Source of the DNA: Octopus bimaculoides
Taxonomy: Eukaryota
NCBI RefSeq assembly: GCF_001194135.2
Contig: NC_068997.1
Coordinates: forward strand, 50,332,321-50,396,320
DNA length: 64,000 bases
Direction: 5' to 3'
The notes under the pieces: model-generated
The model's database searches: none
Seen by the model: only the letters and a program-made list of their open reading frames with translations
Told to the model about the DNA's origin: nothing
Position numbers and translations under genes: made by a program
Shown: piece by piece, positions 51,301-64,000 of the stretch
Position numbering within the stretch: position 1 is the first letter of the stretch
Layout: each line of letters begins with the position of its first letter

Positions 51301-52744
51301 TGACAGCCATGCCAGTGGCACATAAAAATCGCCCACAACACTTCTGGAGTGGTTGGCGTTAGGAAGGGCATCCAGCCGTAGAAACCTTGCCAAATCAGAT
51401 TATGGAACCTGGAACAGCTTAACAGTTTTCATTCAAACCGTCCAACCCATGCCAGCATGGAAAACGTGTTAAATGATGATGATACTAAAATATCTAATTT
51501 GAGACAAGAAAATTTTTTATTTATTTAACTCTATAGCATTCAAACTGGCCAGATCTGGCCCCTTACACCAGACCTGCATTATCATTGAAATAATTCACCT
51601 CATACAATCTGTCAGAGTTAAAATAATGCATGATTAATTTAAGACTGAATAAATAAGTCTTACTTTTGACAAAATAAGGTGAATGCTAAAGGGTTAAAAC
51701 ATTTTATTCAAACTTACAATATTTGCAGATTCAATGGAGATTTTCTAAAGCAGTTTTATATCCTAAGTTCAGGGTGTGCATCAGGCAGGTTTGTACTAAG
51801 AGGGTTGGTAATGCTTTTTATCTACTAGGTGGAGTGGTGTGGGTTTGTTATTTCATAACCAATTAATAACTGTGTGATTAAATATTATAAAATCAATTTT
51901 AAGTCTTCACAGTAAGAAAACTGACAGAATATATGGAGTGTAGGTATATGTGTATTGCAGATGCTCAGCACGTCTCCAGTTGATTGATGTTGAATCAATT
52001 AAAAGAGTAAAGACTATTGCAAAGTATAAGAATAGCAGCAATTTAACGAAATCTGCCCCAAAGCATAAAAATTCACAAAAATGACGACGACATGGGTTAG
52101 CTCCCAGGCTCTGCTCATTATTTCGTCAACTTGGTCCTACCCATTAATATAGATTTTAAATTTTTGAAAATGTCGAAATTTCACGAAAAATGTTTCATGG
52201 CTATAAACAGACATCTTATTAATGGTAATTTATTACCAGGTACCTCGGCTAGTTCTACATATAAGAGATTTGGGTATGTCTGGGGTGAGATGGGGGCTTA
52301 GTGAAGGAGTGTTAATGAATCATAGCGAACGGTAAAAACAAGGTGATTGAGGGTGGAGCTGGGAGGTGGTGGGGTGCTTAAGGAGTGTTTTATGAAGGGC
52401 TTGCGAAAAGTGTCCTGTTGGCTCCATTTGAATAGTGGACCTATGGTGGAAAATAGAATGGTCAGATGTTTTTCAAATTCACTTATGACTGAATTAATCT
52501 TGATTTTATAATGAGAAGCTTCAGTAATTTTCTATGTTAAAGCTGAGTTTAGGTGTGTTAATGGGGTGTAAGATACATGTCTTTTGATAAAAAGGGGATG
52601 ATAGCAGAGGAGATAGAAAAAAACAAGGTTAAACTGGGAATGTTTGTTGATTATTTTTTTATATTTATATCTTGGTTTGGATGGAAAGAGGTCATGCTAG
52701 CTCACATATTTACTTCCCAACATATAAACAAACAAAAACTATAC

Positions 52745-53160
52745 ATACAAGCTTATATACTAACATCCCACACAACTTAAGAATAGAAGCCATTGACTTC
52801 TGGATTACAAAAACACCCAGACTCCATTTCAGAGAGATTCCTGAAAGAGTTTATTTTGGAAGGGCTCAAATTAATATTGAAGAGCAACTACTTCCTCTTT
52901 GATAACGAACTATACTTACAAATACCAGAGTAGCCCCAACATATGTAAGACAATTGCTTCATCTTCTGGGATAGAAAGAAACCAAGAAGACCTGCAAAGA
53001 TTCCATTCCATTATAAACAGGCTTCATAAAGCAATATAATTTACCATGGAGTGTAATAGAAAGGAACTACCATTTCTGGATATCCTTATTAAAGAAGGGG
53101 AAAATATCGAAACAGACCTATTTTACAAACTGACGGAAACACACCAATACTTAAATTTCT
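52745..53160 (+). mobile_element. Penelope-like element reverse transcriptase relic
   Basis: SLYTNIPH...SNYFLFDNELYLQI...DNCFIFW...FTMECNRKELPFLDILI...ETDLFYKLTETHQYLNF, frameshifted. Confidence 0.85.
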
Positions 53161-53454
53161 GACGTTGGTTTGTTTACTTCCCCATTTTATAGCCGTTCGA
53201 GCGAACTTTTCAAGCCGCTGCTCCAGTATGGCTGCAGTCCAATGACCGAAACAAGTAACAGTTAATATACTGTACCTCCCGAGCCACAGGAGTGTGGTAT
53301 GTGAGTCGGGATGAAATGTGCCACTGATTGCTCTCTGGCATATAACAGCAGCAATGAAGTTCAAACGCCATGTTGGTAAGGATGGGAGCTGTCGTTGGGA
53401 CGGAGGAAGATGGGAATAGGTTTATCAGATCAAATAAGTTGAATCAGATTGGTA

Positions 53455-53746
53455 GGCTGTGTGGTAAGTAGCTTGCTTACCAACCACATGGTTCCGGGTT
53501 CAGTCCCACTGCGTGGCACCTTGGGCAAGTGTCTTCTACTATAGCCTCCGTGTTTGTCTCCCCCCACCATCGCTTGACAACCGATGCTGGTGTGTTTACG
53601 TCCCCGTAACTTAGCGGTTCGGCAAAAAGAGACCGATAGAATAAGTACTAGGCTTACAAAAGAATAAGTCCTGGGGTCGATTTGCTCGACTAAAAGGCAG
53701 TGCTCCAGCATGGCCACAGTCAAATGACTGAAACAAGTAAAAGAGT
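53455..53746 (+). mobile_element. SINE family A with internal deletion
   Basis: Head and tail match the consensus; central part missing. Confidence 0.85.
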
Positions 53747-55234
53747 AACTGTCCGAGTAAGGAGACCTAATGACGACGTGGTGTTTGCATAAACTTGTCT
53801 TTAAAGGAACAAAGTGTAAATAGACGTAATATAGATTAAAATGTCTTCCGTTGTCCTAAGGTCAACAGTAATTTGTAAACAACTTCGCTTTTTCTACTGA
53901 GTGCTTTACAGCTTCTTAAACTAACAGCATAAATAGCTTTATCATAAAGGGAGATTACCCGAAACTATTGGACTTATCTCCCTTGAATCTCTCAAAACTG
54001 TAAATTGCTATTTCAGTTTTATATTTGTCAATTGATCAGTCGCCTTTTGTGACCTTATCAATGATATGCCCTCTCTACCTCAGGTGACAGACGAACCTAG
54101 TTGATTAGGAGATTAATAATAATAAAAGAAATGAAATAGAACGAGTTTGTGTATCTATTATAATCATTCTTCCAAGATACTACCAAACAGATATCATCTT
54201 CATCGTTTTTAACATCCATTTTCTATGGCTAGATGCCCTTCCTGTCGCTAAACCTCACCCGTTTCCAAACGAGATAATATTTCCCCATAGCCAGACATAC
54301 TGGAAATGAATGACGTTCATTTAAAACAAGGTCAAGACAAAGACTTGCCCAATGTGCCACACACGGGCACTGAACTTGAAACCATATGGTGAGGAGCAAA
54401 CTTCTTAACCACACAGAACCACATAATAAATAATAATAATAATAATAATAAATGAAGCAGATTTATATATATCATCATCTTTTATCTGTTTTCCATGCTG
54501 GCAGGTGCAGCCCACCCCAACCTTGGGGCTGGCTGGTGCCCATTCTCCTTTGCTATCATGAGGATTTTTTGGAGCTGGATTTTCTATGGGGAGCATGATT
54601 TTTGCTTACCCCCAACCTCAGTTTCTAGACATGAGTGGTCCCAAGACCAGGATCTCTACCACGGTTTTTAAGAAATGTGGTGGAAAACTTAGCTCAGGAA
54701 GGCAGGGATGCTATTCTCTGAGACCCCTTTCAGGGAACCCCTACCATTGTTTTTAATTAATCAGGTATAATTTCATAGCTTAGAGATTCTGATGACGTGC
54801 TTATATATTTTTAGAATGACATTGTAGGATCTGTGTGAAAGGCAGGATCTGACTGGTTCAATATCTAGGCTGGATATGATCAGTTTAAATGCTAAAGGGT
54901 TAAAGAACCAGTTTTCTTCTGCCCTCCAGACGCCTCTAAATTGTTGTTTGTTCAAGCCTAGAACGTTGTTTATCATCATCATCATCATCGTTTAACGTCC
55001 GCTTTCCATGCTAGCATGGGTTGGACGATTTGACTGAGGACTGGTGAAACCAGATGGCTAACCATGGCCCATATTAGAATTGATTACAGGTCAGTTCACT
55101 GTGAGGAAAGTTTACTGAGAAAATATATCCAAAGTATCTCACCATTAATAGTTAAAAATTATTTTATTGATAAAAAATTGTTAACTTTCCCTGTGGTGAA
55201 TCGATGACGGTGAACTTATCTGAGATATATGTGC

Positions 55235-55298
<64 letters not shown>

Positions 55299-55306
55299 AT
55301 ATATCA

Positions 55307-55660
55307 TGGCACTCTGTCAGTTACGACAATGAGGGTTCCAGTTGATCCAATCAACGGAATAGCCTGCTCATGAAATTAACGTGCAAGTGGCTGAGCACTC
55401 CACAGACACGTGTAGCCTTAATGTAGTTCTTGGGGAGATTCAGTGTGACAAGGCTGGCCCTTTGAATTACCGGTACAACAGAATCAGGATGAAAGTTGTG
55501 GTGAAAAAGTACAGCAGGGGTCACCACCCCCCCCTGCTGGAGCCTCGTGGAGCTTTAGGTGTTTTTGCTGAGTAAACACTCACAACACCCAGTCTGAGAA
55601 TCGAAATCACAATCCTACGACCATGAGTCTACTGCCCTAACTGCCAGGCCTTTTCACCTC
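55307..55660 (-). mobile_element. SINE family D
   Basis: Reverse complement of 38373-38752, flanked by (TA)n. Confidence 0.85.
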
Positions 55661-56529
55661 CTAGATATATATATATATATATATATATATCAAAATAAGC
55701 AACAAGGATATCCAAAGTTAATGCAGTACGATCGTTTCATGCAACTCCATTTATTTAAGCAATGTGAGCATTACATTAAATGTAAAATGCAGAGCAATCC
55801 TCAGCTGCAGAAAGATATAGAAATTTACTGAAATTATATTTAAACAGAAGGACATTTTTATAACTACATTTAAACTCTCCAAGTAGAAAGGAAGAATACA
55901 AAAGACCATTTTGACTTAACTAGACCATACAGGCTAGTAATTAATTCTAAGCAGATTTTTTACTGTCACTGATTTTCTTTTTTTTTTTTGTTTTTGATTT
56001 ATGGATCATCTTATCAGACCTAGGGATTCAAAGCTTAAGAGGGCACCAGCATTTTATTTATAGGAAAAGGGAAAGGGGTAAACAATACACATGGATGATA
56101 CGGTTATAAAATTTTTGGGGATTTGGTGACAAACTACTATAGGTGGGGGGGTTTCTCTACTAGTAGACCAGTTTATAATGGAGCAGGGGAAGTTTTAACA
56201 TAAGGCACCTAGGTCGAAAGTATATAAAATAAAGTTGCTATATTGTGTACAGATATAGTAAATGTTTATTCATAGGTTTCATTAATCAGTATTGTTTTAC
56301 ATATGCTAAATTTGAAATACTTGAGATACCAATATTTGCTTAGCGCCTCTAATGATAATGTGAATTATGGGTCTAGTTCATACATGGAAATAGAAAATAT
56401 TAGTATGCCTGATGCTGTGGGAATGATTCTATCTGATAGCACGATGGAAATGGAGTTGGATAGCAACCGAAGCGATCATAAGCAGCCTGATAGTAGAATT
56501 AATAATAGCGGAAATAATATCAATGTGCA

Positions 56530-57197
56530 AAGTTCACCTACTTCGACAGAATCTCATTATTGATGCATCTCAACTGGATTTAAAACAGGGCAACGCGAAA
56601 AACAGCAATAATAATAATGATGATAATAGCAAAAATGAACAAAAGAAACCCCAAAGCAAAACAAAACCACGCCTGCAGAACAAGAATGCACTTTAGAGAC
56701 CTTATTCACATCGTGATTAGAAAGGTGTGTGGAAGCATAGGTTGGAATGCTGCTCTCAACTGGATTTCGTAGTCTCTATTCACACAGCAAAAAAAGAAGG
56801 CTAACTTGTTTCTGCTTTCCTTTCTGTCTTCTACCCAACTCCTTGTAAGGTAAAAGCAGGATCAGCGTTCTGTCAGGAGAACAATTTTCATTCAAACTCT
56901 GACCACCAACAACATCAAGAGACTCTGGCAGATGCCATCAACCATGGTTGTCCTCTTGACTTTCTTTCTTCTCATTCTGGCTTCAGCAGGTAAGACAAAG
57001 CTTCTTCTTCTTCTTTATTTAATAAGTGGTCTTTTGTTGCCCTACTTTCTTTTCCACTAGAAGTTGATTGTTACTTACCAGGTGATTATATAACTTTTCT
57101 GCNNNNNNNNNNTTCTGCCAAGCGACCAATCGAAAGTGTCCTCATAAGTGGTAAACAAGTCATAAAAATTTGATAACAATTTACTTTGCAAGGGGTC
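56530..57197 (+). repeat. Direct duplication, copy 1 (copy 2 at 59733-60452)
   Basis: Colinear ~0.7 kb match from aagttcacctacttc to ggggtcc, with scattered substitutions and indels. Confidence 0.9.
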
Positions 57198-57780
57198 CAT
57201 TTCTTATATTCTTCCTGTACCAACTTGGGGCATTCTGTCACAATGTGTGTGCTACTGTCTCATTCCATCATTCCAAGTTCCACAAGCTCTACATTTTTTC
57301 TGGCATATTCTCTCCATATATATTTTTTCTCAAATTGTTTGTTTTTATCGCTTGGTCTTGGGCTGCTTCAATCAGACTCTGTTTCTTTTTATAATTGTCC
57401 CTTTTTTTAACCAAGCCCAGGATTTTGTTCCACATACGTCTTCAGTGGCTCTCCAAAACTGACCATGCAGAGATTTCTCTTCGTTCTGTCTGACGTGCTC
57501 ACTTTGTATTCCTTCTTCTCCTTTTCTCCTATTAGGCTCTTCATCACCTGTTCTTTAACAACCTACACACATTCTTCTACTGCTATTAAGCCTCTTCCAC
57601 CCTGGTCTCTCCTCAAGTACAACCTGTTGGTATCAGCTTTCGGATAGTAGGCTCAATGCATCATCAACAACTTGCTAGTTTTTCTGTCAAGTTTCTGGTC
57701 GTCTATAATTCCAACTCCATATCTGATTAAGGGTACTGCTCTTGAATTTATTACTTCAATGAGATTTTTGGAATATCATT
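57170..57780 (-). mobile_element. R4/Dong-clade (RLE-type) non-LTR retrotransposon relic: RT C-terminus plus CCHC knuckle
   Basis: INSRAVPLIRYGVGII...LDRKTSKLLMMH...PKADTNRLYLRRDQGGRGLIAVEECV; ETVAHIVTECPKLVQEEYKK. Confidence 0.8.
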
Positions 57781-58164
57781 TTTATTGAGTGAGAGAGCAG
57801 TGCATGCCATCAATATGACACCGGAGTAAAATATACAAAGCCCAGTACACCCATCATCACTACCATATGTGAGTGACATGGTGATCTCATATCAAGATAA
57901 GCAGTGCATGACCTTGCAGGTGGGGCCCTATTGTTATTGTTATTATTATTATTAGCAATATTTTGACTGTCTTTACATTCTGAGTTCAAATTCCACTGAG
58001 GTTGACTTTGCCTTTTATCCTTTCAGGGTCGATTAAATAAGTACCAGTTACACACTAGGGTCAATGTAATCCGTTTAATCCCTTTGCCTGTCCTCTATTT
58101 TAGCCCCCTGTGGGCAATAAAGAAATAAATTATTATTGTTATTATCATCATTATTATTATTAGA

Positions 58165-58530
58165 AACAAAAAAAAAAAGAGGAGTGACATTCTTATCAAG
58201 TGAAAGATATTTCAACAGGTTCAAAAAATAAACCTGTCAATCAACTTCATTTTGGTATTATTTATAGAATTGAGGTCACTCCTCCAGAAAGTATAGAAGC
58301 AACGGCACTCTTCTTTTTTTTTTTTTCCCCTTCTATATTTCCTGGAAGAGTAAGCTCAATCCTATAACTATTAACCAAAATTAAGTAGGTTGACAGGTTC
58401 ATTGTTTTGAACCTGTGGAAGACACACGAAATGTCGAAATATTGTTCACTTGATAACAATGGCACTCTTTTTTTTTTTTTCTTTTTTTGCTTCTATACTT
58501 TCTGGAGGAGTAACCTCAATCCTATAAATA
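58165..58530. repeat. Fold-back plus tandem repeat of a ~150-bp unit
   Basis: 58165-58300 is the reverse complement of ~58330-58480; the start of the unit recurs at 58487-58530. Confidence 0.85.
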
Positions 58531-58998
58531 TTATTATTATTATTATTATTGAGGTGTTAGCAATAGAATGGTAGCATTATAGCAGATAATGGTATAAATG
58601 GTAGATTACCATAAATTGTACTCCTGGAAGAGTACTAGACTGTACTCACTAGATAGAATACATGTACTTGACCATCTTCATGCACTTGATAATTCTACTC
58701 AGTTTTACAGTGCGTACATATTTCTCTAATGGTCAGAGGCAGCAATTATTGTGTTAGGCAGTCCGGATCAAACTGACCTGTGACCGGCTACCTCCTAGAC
58801 ACAAACAATGCAGGAAATTCTACCAAGTTGCTTGATTTATAAGAAATGACAGCCAAATTTACTCTAATTACACCCTACCATTGTTTAACAGTCATCACAT
58901 AACTAAATGACTGTTGTTTAATCCAGATCATGTACAGTCTAGCAGAACTATAAAACATTTGAAAAGACCATCCTGTCTTTGATTTTTTCCTCAGCATA

Positions 58999-59370
58999 GG
59001 CGCAGGAGTGGCTGTGTGGCAAGTAGCTTGCTTACCAACCACATGGTTCTGGGTCCAGTCCCACTGTGTGGTACCTTGGGCAAGTGTCTTCTATAGCCTC
59101 GGGCCAACCAAAGCCCTGTGAGTGGATTTGGTAGATGGAAACTGAAAGAAGCCCGTTCTATATGTGTGTGTGTGTCTGTGTTTGTCCCCCCAACATCGCT
59201 TGATAACCAATGCTGGTGTGTTTACATCCCCGTCACTTAGCGGTTCGGCTAGAGGAACTGATAGAATAAATACCGGGCTTACAAAGAATAAGTCCTGGGG
59301 TTGATTTGATTGACTAAAGATGGTGCTCCAGCATGGCTGCAGTCAAATGACTGAAACAAATAAAAGAATA
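58999..59370 (+). mobile_element. SINE family A
   Basis: Same consensus as 18992-19354. Confidence 0.85.
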
Positions 59371-59732
59371 ATGTATCTAGCACTACATTAACCCATCTGT
59401 CCTTCCTTTCTTAAAGCAGGAAAGTGTGGTTTGAGGGATGCTTGACTGCTATTTCAAGCAGAGTCAGCAACCACATAGAAATAGCTTTGTTGGCTCTCTA
59501 ATTTAATCGTAGTCTTTGTTGTTGTGGTCAGTTTATTTTGTAGTCTGAGCTGGTGCTTCCAAATCATACAAATGACAAATTGGTCAGATNNNNNNNNNNN
59601 NNNNNNNNNNNNNNNNNNNNNNNNNNNNNNNNNNNNNNNNNNNNNNNNNNNNNNNNNNNNNNNNNNNNNNNNNNNNNNNNNNNNNNNNNTATTTCATTTA
59701 TTTTATTCGTTTTATGTGAATCATTTTTCTGA

Positions 59733-60452
59733 AAAGTTCACCTACTTCAACAGAATCTCTTTATTGATTCATCTGAACTGGATTTAAAACAAGGCAACAG
59801 GGAAAACAATAATAATAATAATAATAGTAATGATAATAGCAAAAATAAATAAAGAAAAACAAAAGAAACCTGAAAGCAAAACAAATCCACGCCTGCAGAA
59901 CAAGAATGCACTTCAGAGACCTTATTCACATGGTGGTCAGACAGGTGTGTGGAAGCACAGGTTGGAATACTGCTCTCAACTGGATTTCTTAGTCTCTATT
60001 GACACAGTACTTGTCTGAAATGTAAATAAATTTTTTTTAAAAAAGAAGGCTAACTTGTTTCTGCTTTCCTTTCTGTCTTCTTCCCAACTCCTTGTAAGGT
60101 AAAAGCAGGATCAGCATTCTGTCAGGAGAACAATTTTCATTCAAACTCTGACCACCAACAACATCAAGAGACTCTGGCAGGTACCATCAACCATGGTTGT
60201 CGTCTTGACTTTCCTTCTTCTCATTCTGGCTTCAGCAGGTAAGACAAAGCTTCTTCTTCTTCTTCTTCTTTATTTAATAAGTGGTCTTTTGTTGCCCTAC
60301 TTTGCTTTCTGCATCCTTTCTTTTCCACTAGAAGTTGATTGTTACTTACCAGGTGGTTATATAACTTTTCTGCCAAGCGACCAATCGAAAGTGTCCTCAT
60401 AAGTGGTAAACAAGTCACAAAAATTGATACCAATTTACTTTGTTAGGGGTCC
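59733..60452 (+). repeat. Direct duplication, copy 2
   Basis: See copy 1. Confidence 0.9.
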
Positions 60453-61700
60453 CTGAGACATAACATTGTCCACTTGTCATGAAAGCAGCGACATGACCCT
60501 TCTGCAGGCATTCATCCATACGTGTAGTGATCCTTTTATGCAACTGTGTAAAATTCTTCAGCCAATAACCCTATACTCCACTTGGGCTGGGTTCTTTCCA
60601 ATTTGCTATATTTTTTTAAACTCCAGTCTCACTAATTACATAAATTATGACGTCCTTTTTGTCTTGCTACAATTGCAAGTTGTCTCTTCACCTGTCTTGG
60701 CCAATTTGCACTTTATGTCTCACTGGCCTGTTCCAAAAGTTCTCCCTAAAACACTTTACTTTCTTGGGCATCAGGAATCAGTTCCTGACGTTTTCTCCCT
60801 TTCTATATCCTCAAAAAAACATCTATTTTACAGAAACAATCCATTCCGTTCAAGACCTTTGTATCTAGCATCATATCTTTTCAGTTTGGCCTTTAATGCT
60901 GACACCCTTTGTGACAATTCTTCATGTACTGTTTGTTTCCCCCTTTCTTCTAACCTGTACTGCCTATTCAATTTTCTGATTATTATCTCATTCTTGAGCT
61001 CTCCTCTCATTATCCTATTCAATTGTCCCAGTTCTTTCTGTGTCTTTTCCAACTTCATTCATATTCTCTTCCTCCAGTTTGGTTCGTTCTTTTCATTCCC
61101 CTCCTTTTCTTCAACAGTCTTCCACTTGTATTCTATTATTTCAGCTACAATATTAACCACGGTTCCTCTCACTAATATCCACTATTTTAACCAAACTCAA
61201 AATGTCATTTATTTTGCTATGGCTCTCTTTACTTTTCCTCTGTCCTTATATTTGACATTTCATGGTACTTCATTGCTCTCATCACATATTTTACCTTGCA
61301 GTATTTCTAGAAACTCCTCTTCACCATTTAAGTAATGTGCAACGTTTACTGCCTCTTGTCCAACTAGATCATCTTCTCTCTTCTCTATCTTCATCAACAT
61401 TCTCAGGCATATAATGATTTCCTTGTTTTTCATTGTCTTTATCTCTTACCCCTTCATTACTATTTTCTGCCGCTGTTGTTTCACACTCTTCTTGTTCATT
61501 TTAATTCTTCTCCGAATTTCACCAACCTCTAATCCTGTAATCAAAGCACTTATATGAATTTCCCTTGTTTGGTCAATCAATTGCTGGGAAGAAGCTTCAA
61601 AGACGCCCTTTTGATCTCAATATTTCTTTTCATTCATTACATGAAACCGTTTTTCAATCTTAAATCTTGTTTACTTCTCTCCCCTGCTATATTTTTGCTC
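60255..61700 (-). mobile_element. R4/Dong-clade retrotransposon relic: N-terminal region to start of RT
   Basis: QKGVFEASSQQLIDQTREI..LEVGEIRRRI; EELSQRVSALKAKLKRYDARY; TCLPLMRTLSIGRLAEKLYNHLVSNNQLLVEKKGCRKQSRATKDHLL. Confidence 0.82.
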
Positions 61701-62000
61701 TTTCTGCACTTTTGACTTGGATTCTGGTCCTGATCAATGGCTAATGATTAAATCAAGTGGTACACTTGTCATAACTCAATTGAAGTGGTCATTGTATGCC
61801 ACAGTAAGGAAACACCAAATGGATTCTTCAAGCCAAGCCAATCAGGAGAACTGACTAGAGGTACATCAAAACTAAGATGTGTGTGTGGAGGGGTAGGCAC
61901 CATTGCAGCATGTTGTTGGATTTACCATTTGTAGGTATATTACCAGGTCCACTTGGGTGACCCATCAAACAGAGTCCTAGTTAGTCCCCCCTCCACGAGA

Positions 62001-62150
62001 TACAAGGGAGTGCTGAAAAGTTTCTGGATTTGGGTAAAAGAAAATACAGGAGGATCAGTTAATTATGATTTTATTCAACATATCCCACCACCCCCCTCTC
62101 AGATTCACACACTTACTGCAGCAGTCCTTCAGTTTTTCTCAGCCCAGAAC
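62001..62150 (+). mobile_element. Mariner-like left end
   Basis: TA followed by caagggagtgctgaaaagtttctgg, which resembles a mariner TIR; no right TIR seen. Confidence 0.55.
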
Positions 62151-64000
62151 TTGGAAGGTTGGGCCTCCAGCTAGGCCTTTCACAATACCCTTAAGGCCAA
62201 GAACTTTTCAGCTGCCCCTCATACCTTCTCCTCCTCCTCTGCCATGACCTTGTGGCATGAGGTCAACCAGCACAAGCCGTCGGCCCAGCTGGAGCCTCAG
62301 TGAAGAGAACAAGGTACAGAGGATCTAACTAAGAAAACCAATCAACATGGCCAAGTAGTCTGAGCTGGTGCTTCCAAATCATACAAATGACAAATTGGTC
62401 AGATAATATCCATTAGTCTCGGTTGGTCATGTTGGGGAATTCGAACAAACTGTAATGACAATTGTTTCTGGTAGGACCCTATGATGAAGGTGCCTGAGGA
62501 CTTTGTCCCCAGACCCTCCCAGGAAAAGCAAGCAGAGTAGATGGATGGATGGATTACAATCAGATTTTTAATTGTGGACAATCCTTTCGTTAATTCCTTA
62601 GCAGTAGTAATAGTAGTAGCGGTTCCTCAAATCTACTGCTAGTATTTGTGTGTGTGTGCACATTGATTTGTCTATGTCTACCTACTTTACAGAATGCCGT
62701 CAAATGTGTTATAGCTGCCAATACACCATCACCTCAACCAAACAAGGTATAGAGTGTAGCGAGCATTTCAACGAAACATCAAAAATGTACAGATGTTCAT
62801 TTTCTTGTCTCATAAGAACTTTGAGAAACACAGGTAAGTAAAAGTGCTTCTCATTCATTTCATCTAATATAATAAATGCGAATGTCAGTGTGTCACACTT
62901 TTTCAACTTTACTCCTAGAGGCTGCAGCTCAACATATCATACCATTTTGGAATCAGGCCAGATTTCCACCTTTTAATGGTATGGAAACTAAGAAGAGAGA
63001 AGGAGAGGGAGAAAGCAAGAAAGGAATAGATATACTATGGGGAGGAGAGAAAGCTGTAGAGGGAGAAAGAAAAAAAGAGACGGAATGAAATAGAGAGGGT
63101 CAGTGTGAGGGGGAGGAAAGAGGGGAAAATACAAGGTACAGAATAGGAGGAGGATAAGAAGATGACTGAGTGTGGTTGTATGTGTGTATGTCTGTGCGCA
63201 TGCACGCGTGTGTGTGTGTGTGTGTGTGCGTGTTAGTTTATGCTTGCATATGTATGTGTCTGTGTTTATATCTGTGTATATGTTTGCATATGTTTGTATG
63301 TGTTTCTGTGTGTGTGTGTATATGTGTGCAATACTTAAGTCTGTCTCCCCCAACAGAGAAAGTGTTTACACTGCACGGTTTGACTCACGATGGCGACCTC
63401 CTTATTGATTGAAATCCCATTTCTTTCTATGGACACAGTTTGGCTAAACATCACCAACTTAGATCATTGTTTAATGACAACAGCCACATTAGGGAAACTC
63501 CTTGAGAAGATCAAAGACTTTGATGTTGAGGATTAGCTTATCCAGGACAATCTGCAAACTGATTTGTCTGTCTATCAGTTATCACCAGGTGTTGACTTAG
63601 GAAATTGCTGGAATATGTTGGTGCATAGTGTCATAGGAAGGAGAGCTGTCTTTGGTAGCAAATTCCTTTTCTTATGGATTCTATGACAAAGGTGGAAGGG
63701 AGGGAGAGGAATACTGGGATTAGGGGGCAATGAAGGGAGAGGAAGAGGGGGTTGGGGAGAGAAGACAGTGGAAGAGAGGGAAGTGTTCCAGGGAGTGAGT
63801 AGTATTGGGAAGAGTGATAGAGAGGTGGGGGATGGAGGGACACAGGTATTTTGGTGTGAGAGAGTTGCTTTGAGGAGGAGGTGATGGTAAAAGGAGGGTG
63901 GAGAGGGGCAGCGTTGGCAAGCAGATGGGTGGGGGTGGGGGTGGGAGTAAAGTAAAGAATGTTTGAACTGAACAGTGTTTGATCTGGAGCTTCTATCAGA

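Noticed and set aside
56303-56563. 86-aa Ser/Asn-rich ORF
   Set aside because: Low complexity, continues by frameshift into the duplicated TE cassette, and has no recognisable domain
60466-61335. Longest ORF in the track (289 aa, F/L/S-rich)
   Set aside because: It is the antisense of the purine-rich R4/Dong coding strand
63390-63537. 48-aa ORF starting ATGGCG after an acceptor-like site
   Set aside because: Another frame reads ISFYGHSLAK..., typical of a decayed LINE RT C-terminus; no other support

Overview
Eukaryotic, AT-rich, repeat-dense genomic DNA with six N gaps. The SINE and MITE content looks like an Octopus (cephalopod) assembly; that species call is inference from repeat recognition. 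One protein-coding gene is solidly supported: a + strand PA2G4/EBP1 orthologue (proliferation-associated 2G4, MAP2-like fold) with its CDS from 20689 to 47385. Twelve coding exons are visible with GT-AG sites and consistent phases. The 3' half of exon 3 and a predicted ~52-nt exon are missing and probably lie in N gaps. The rest is mostly tRNA-derived SINEs (at least four families), TTAA-flanked piggyBac-like MITEs, hAT and Tc1/mariner MITEs, decayed RTE, R4/Dong and Penelope retroelements, and microsatellites. Nearly all ORFs in the supplied track are microsatellite or antisense-TE artefacts. Most interesting leads: a candidate 19-nt poison microexon in PA2G4 intron 1; a duplicated chimeric LINE cassette whose antisense strand forms a spliceable signal-peptide exon; two long fold-back hairpins; head-to-tail SINE arrays; and a triple C2H2 zinc-finger relic. 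I cannot demonstrate a new biological system from sequence alone; these are hypotheses to test.
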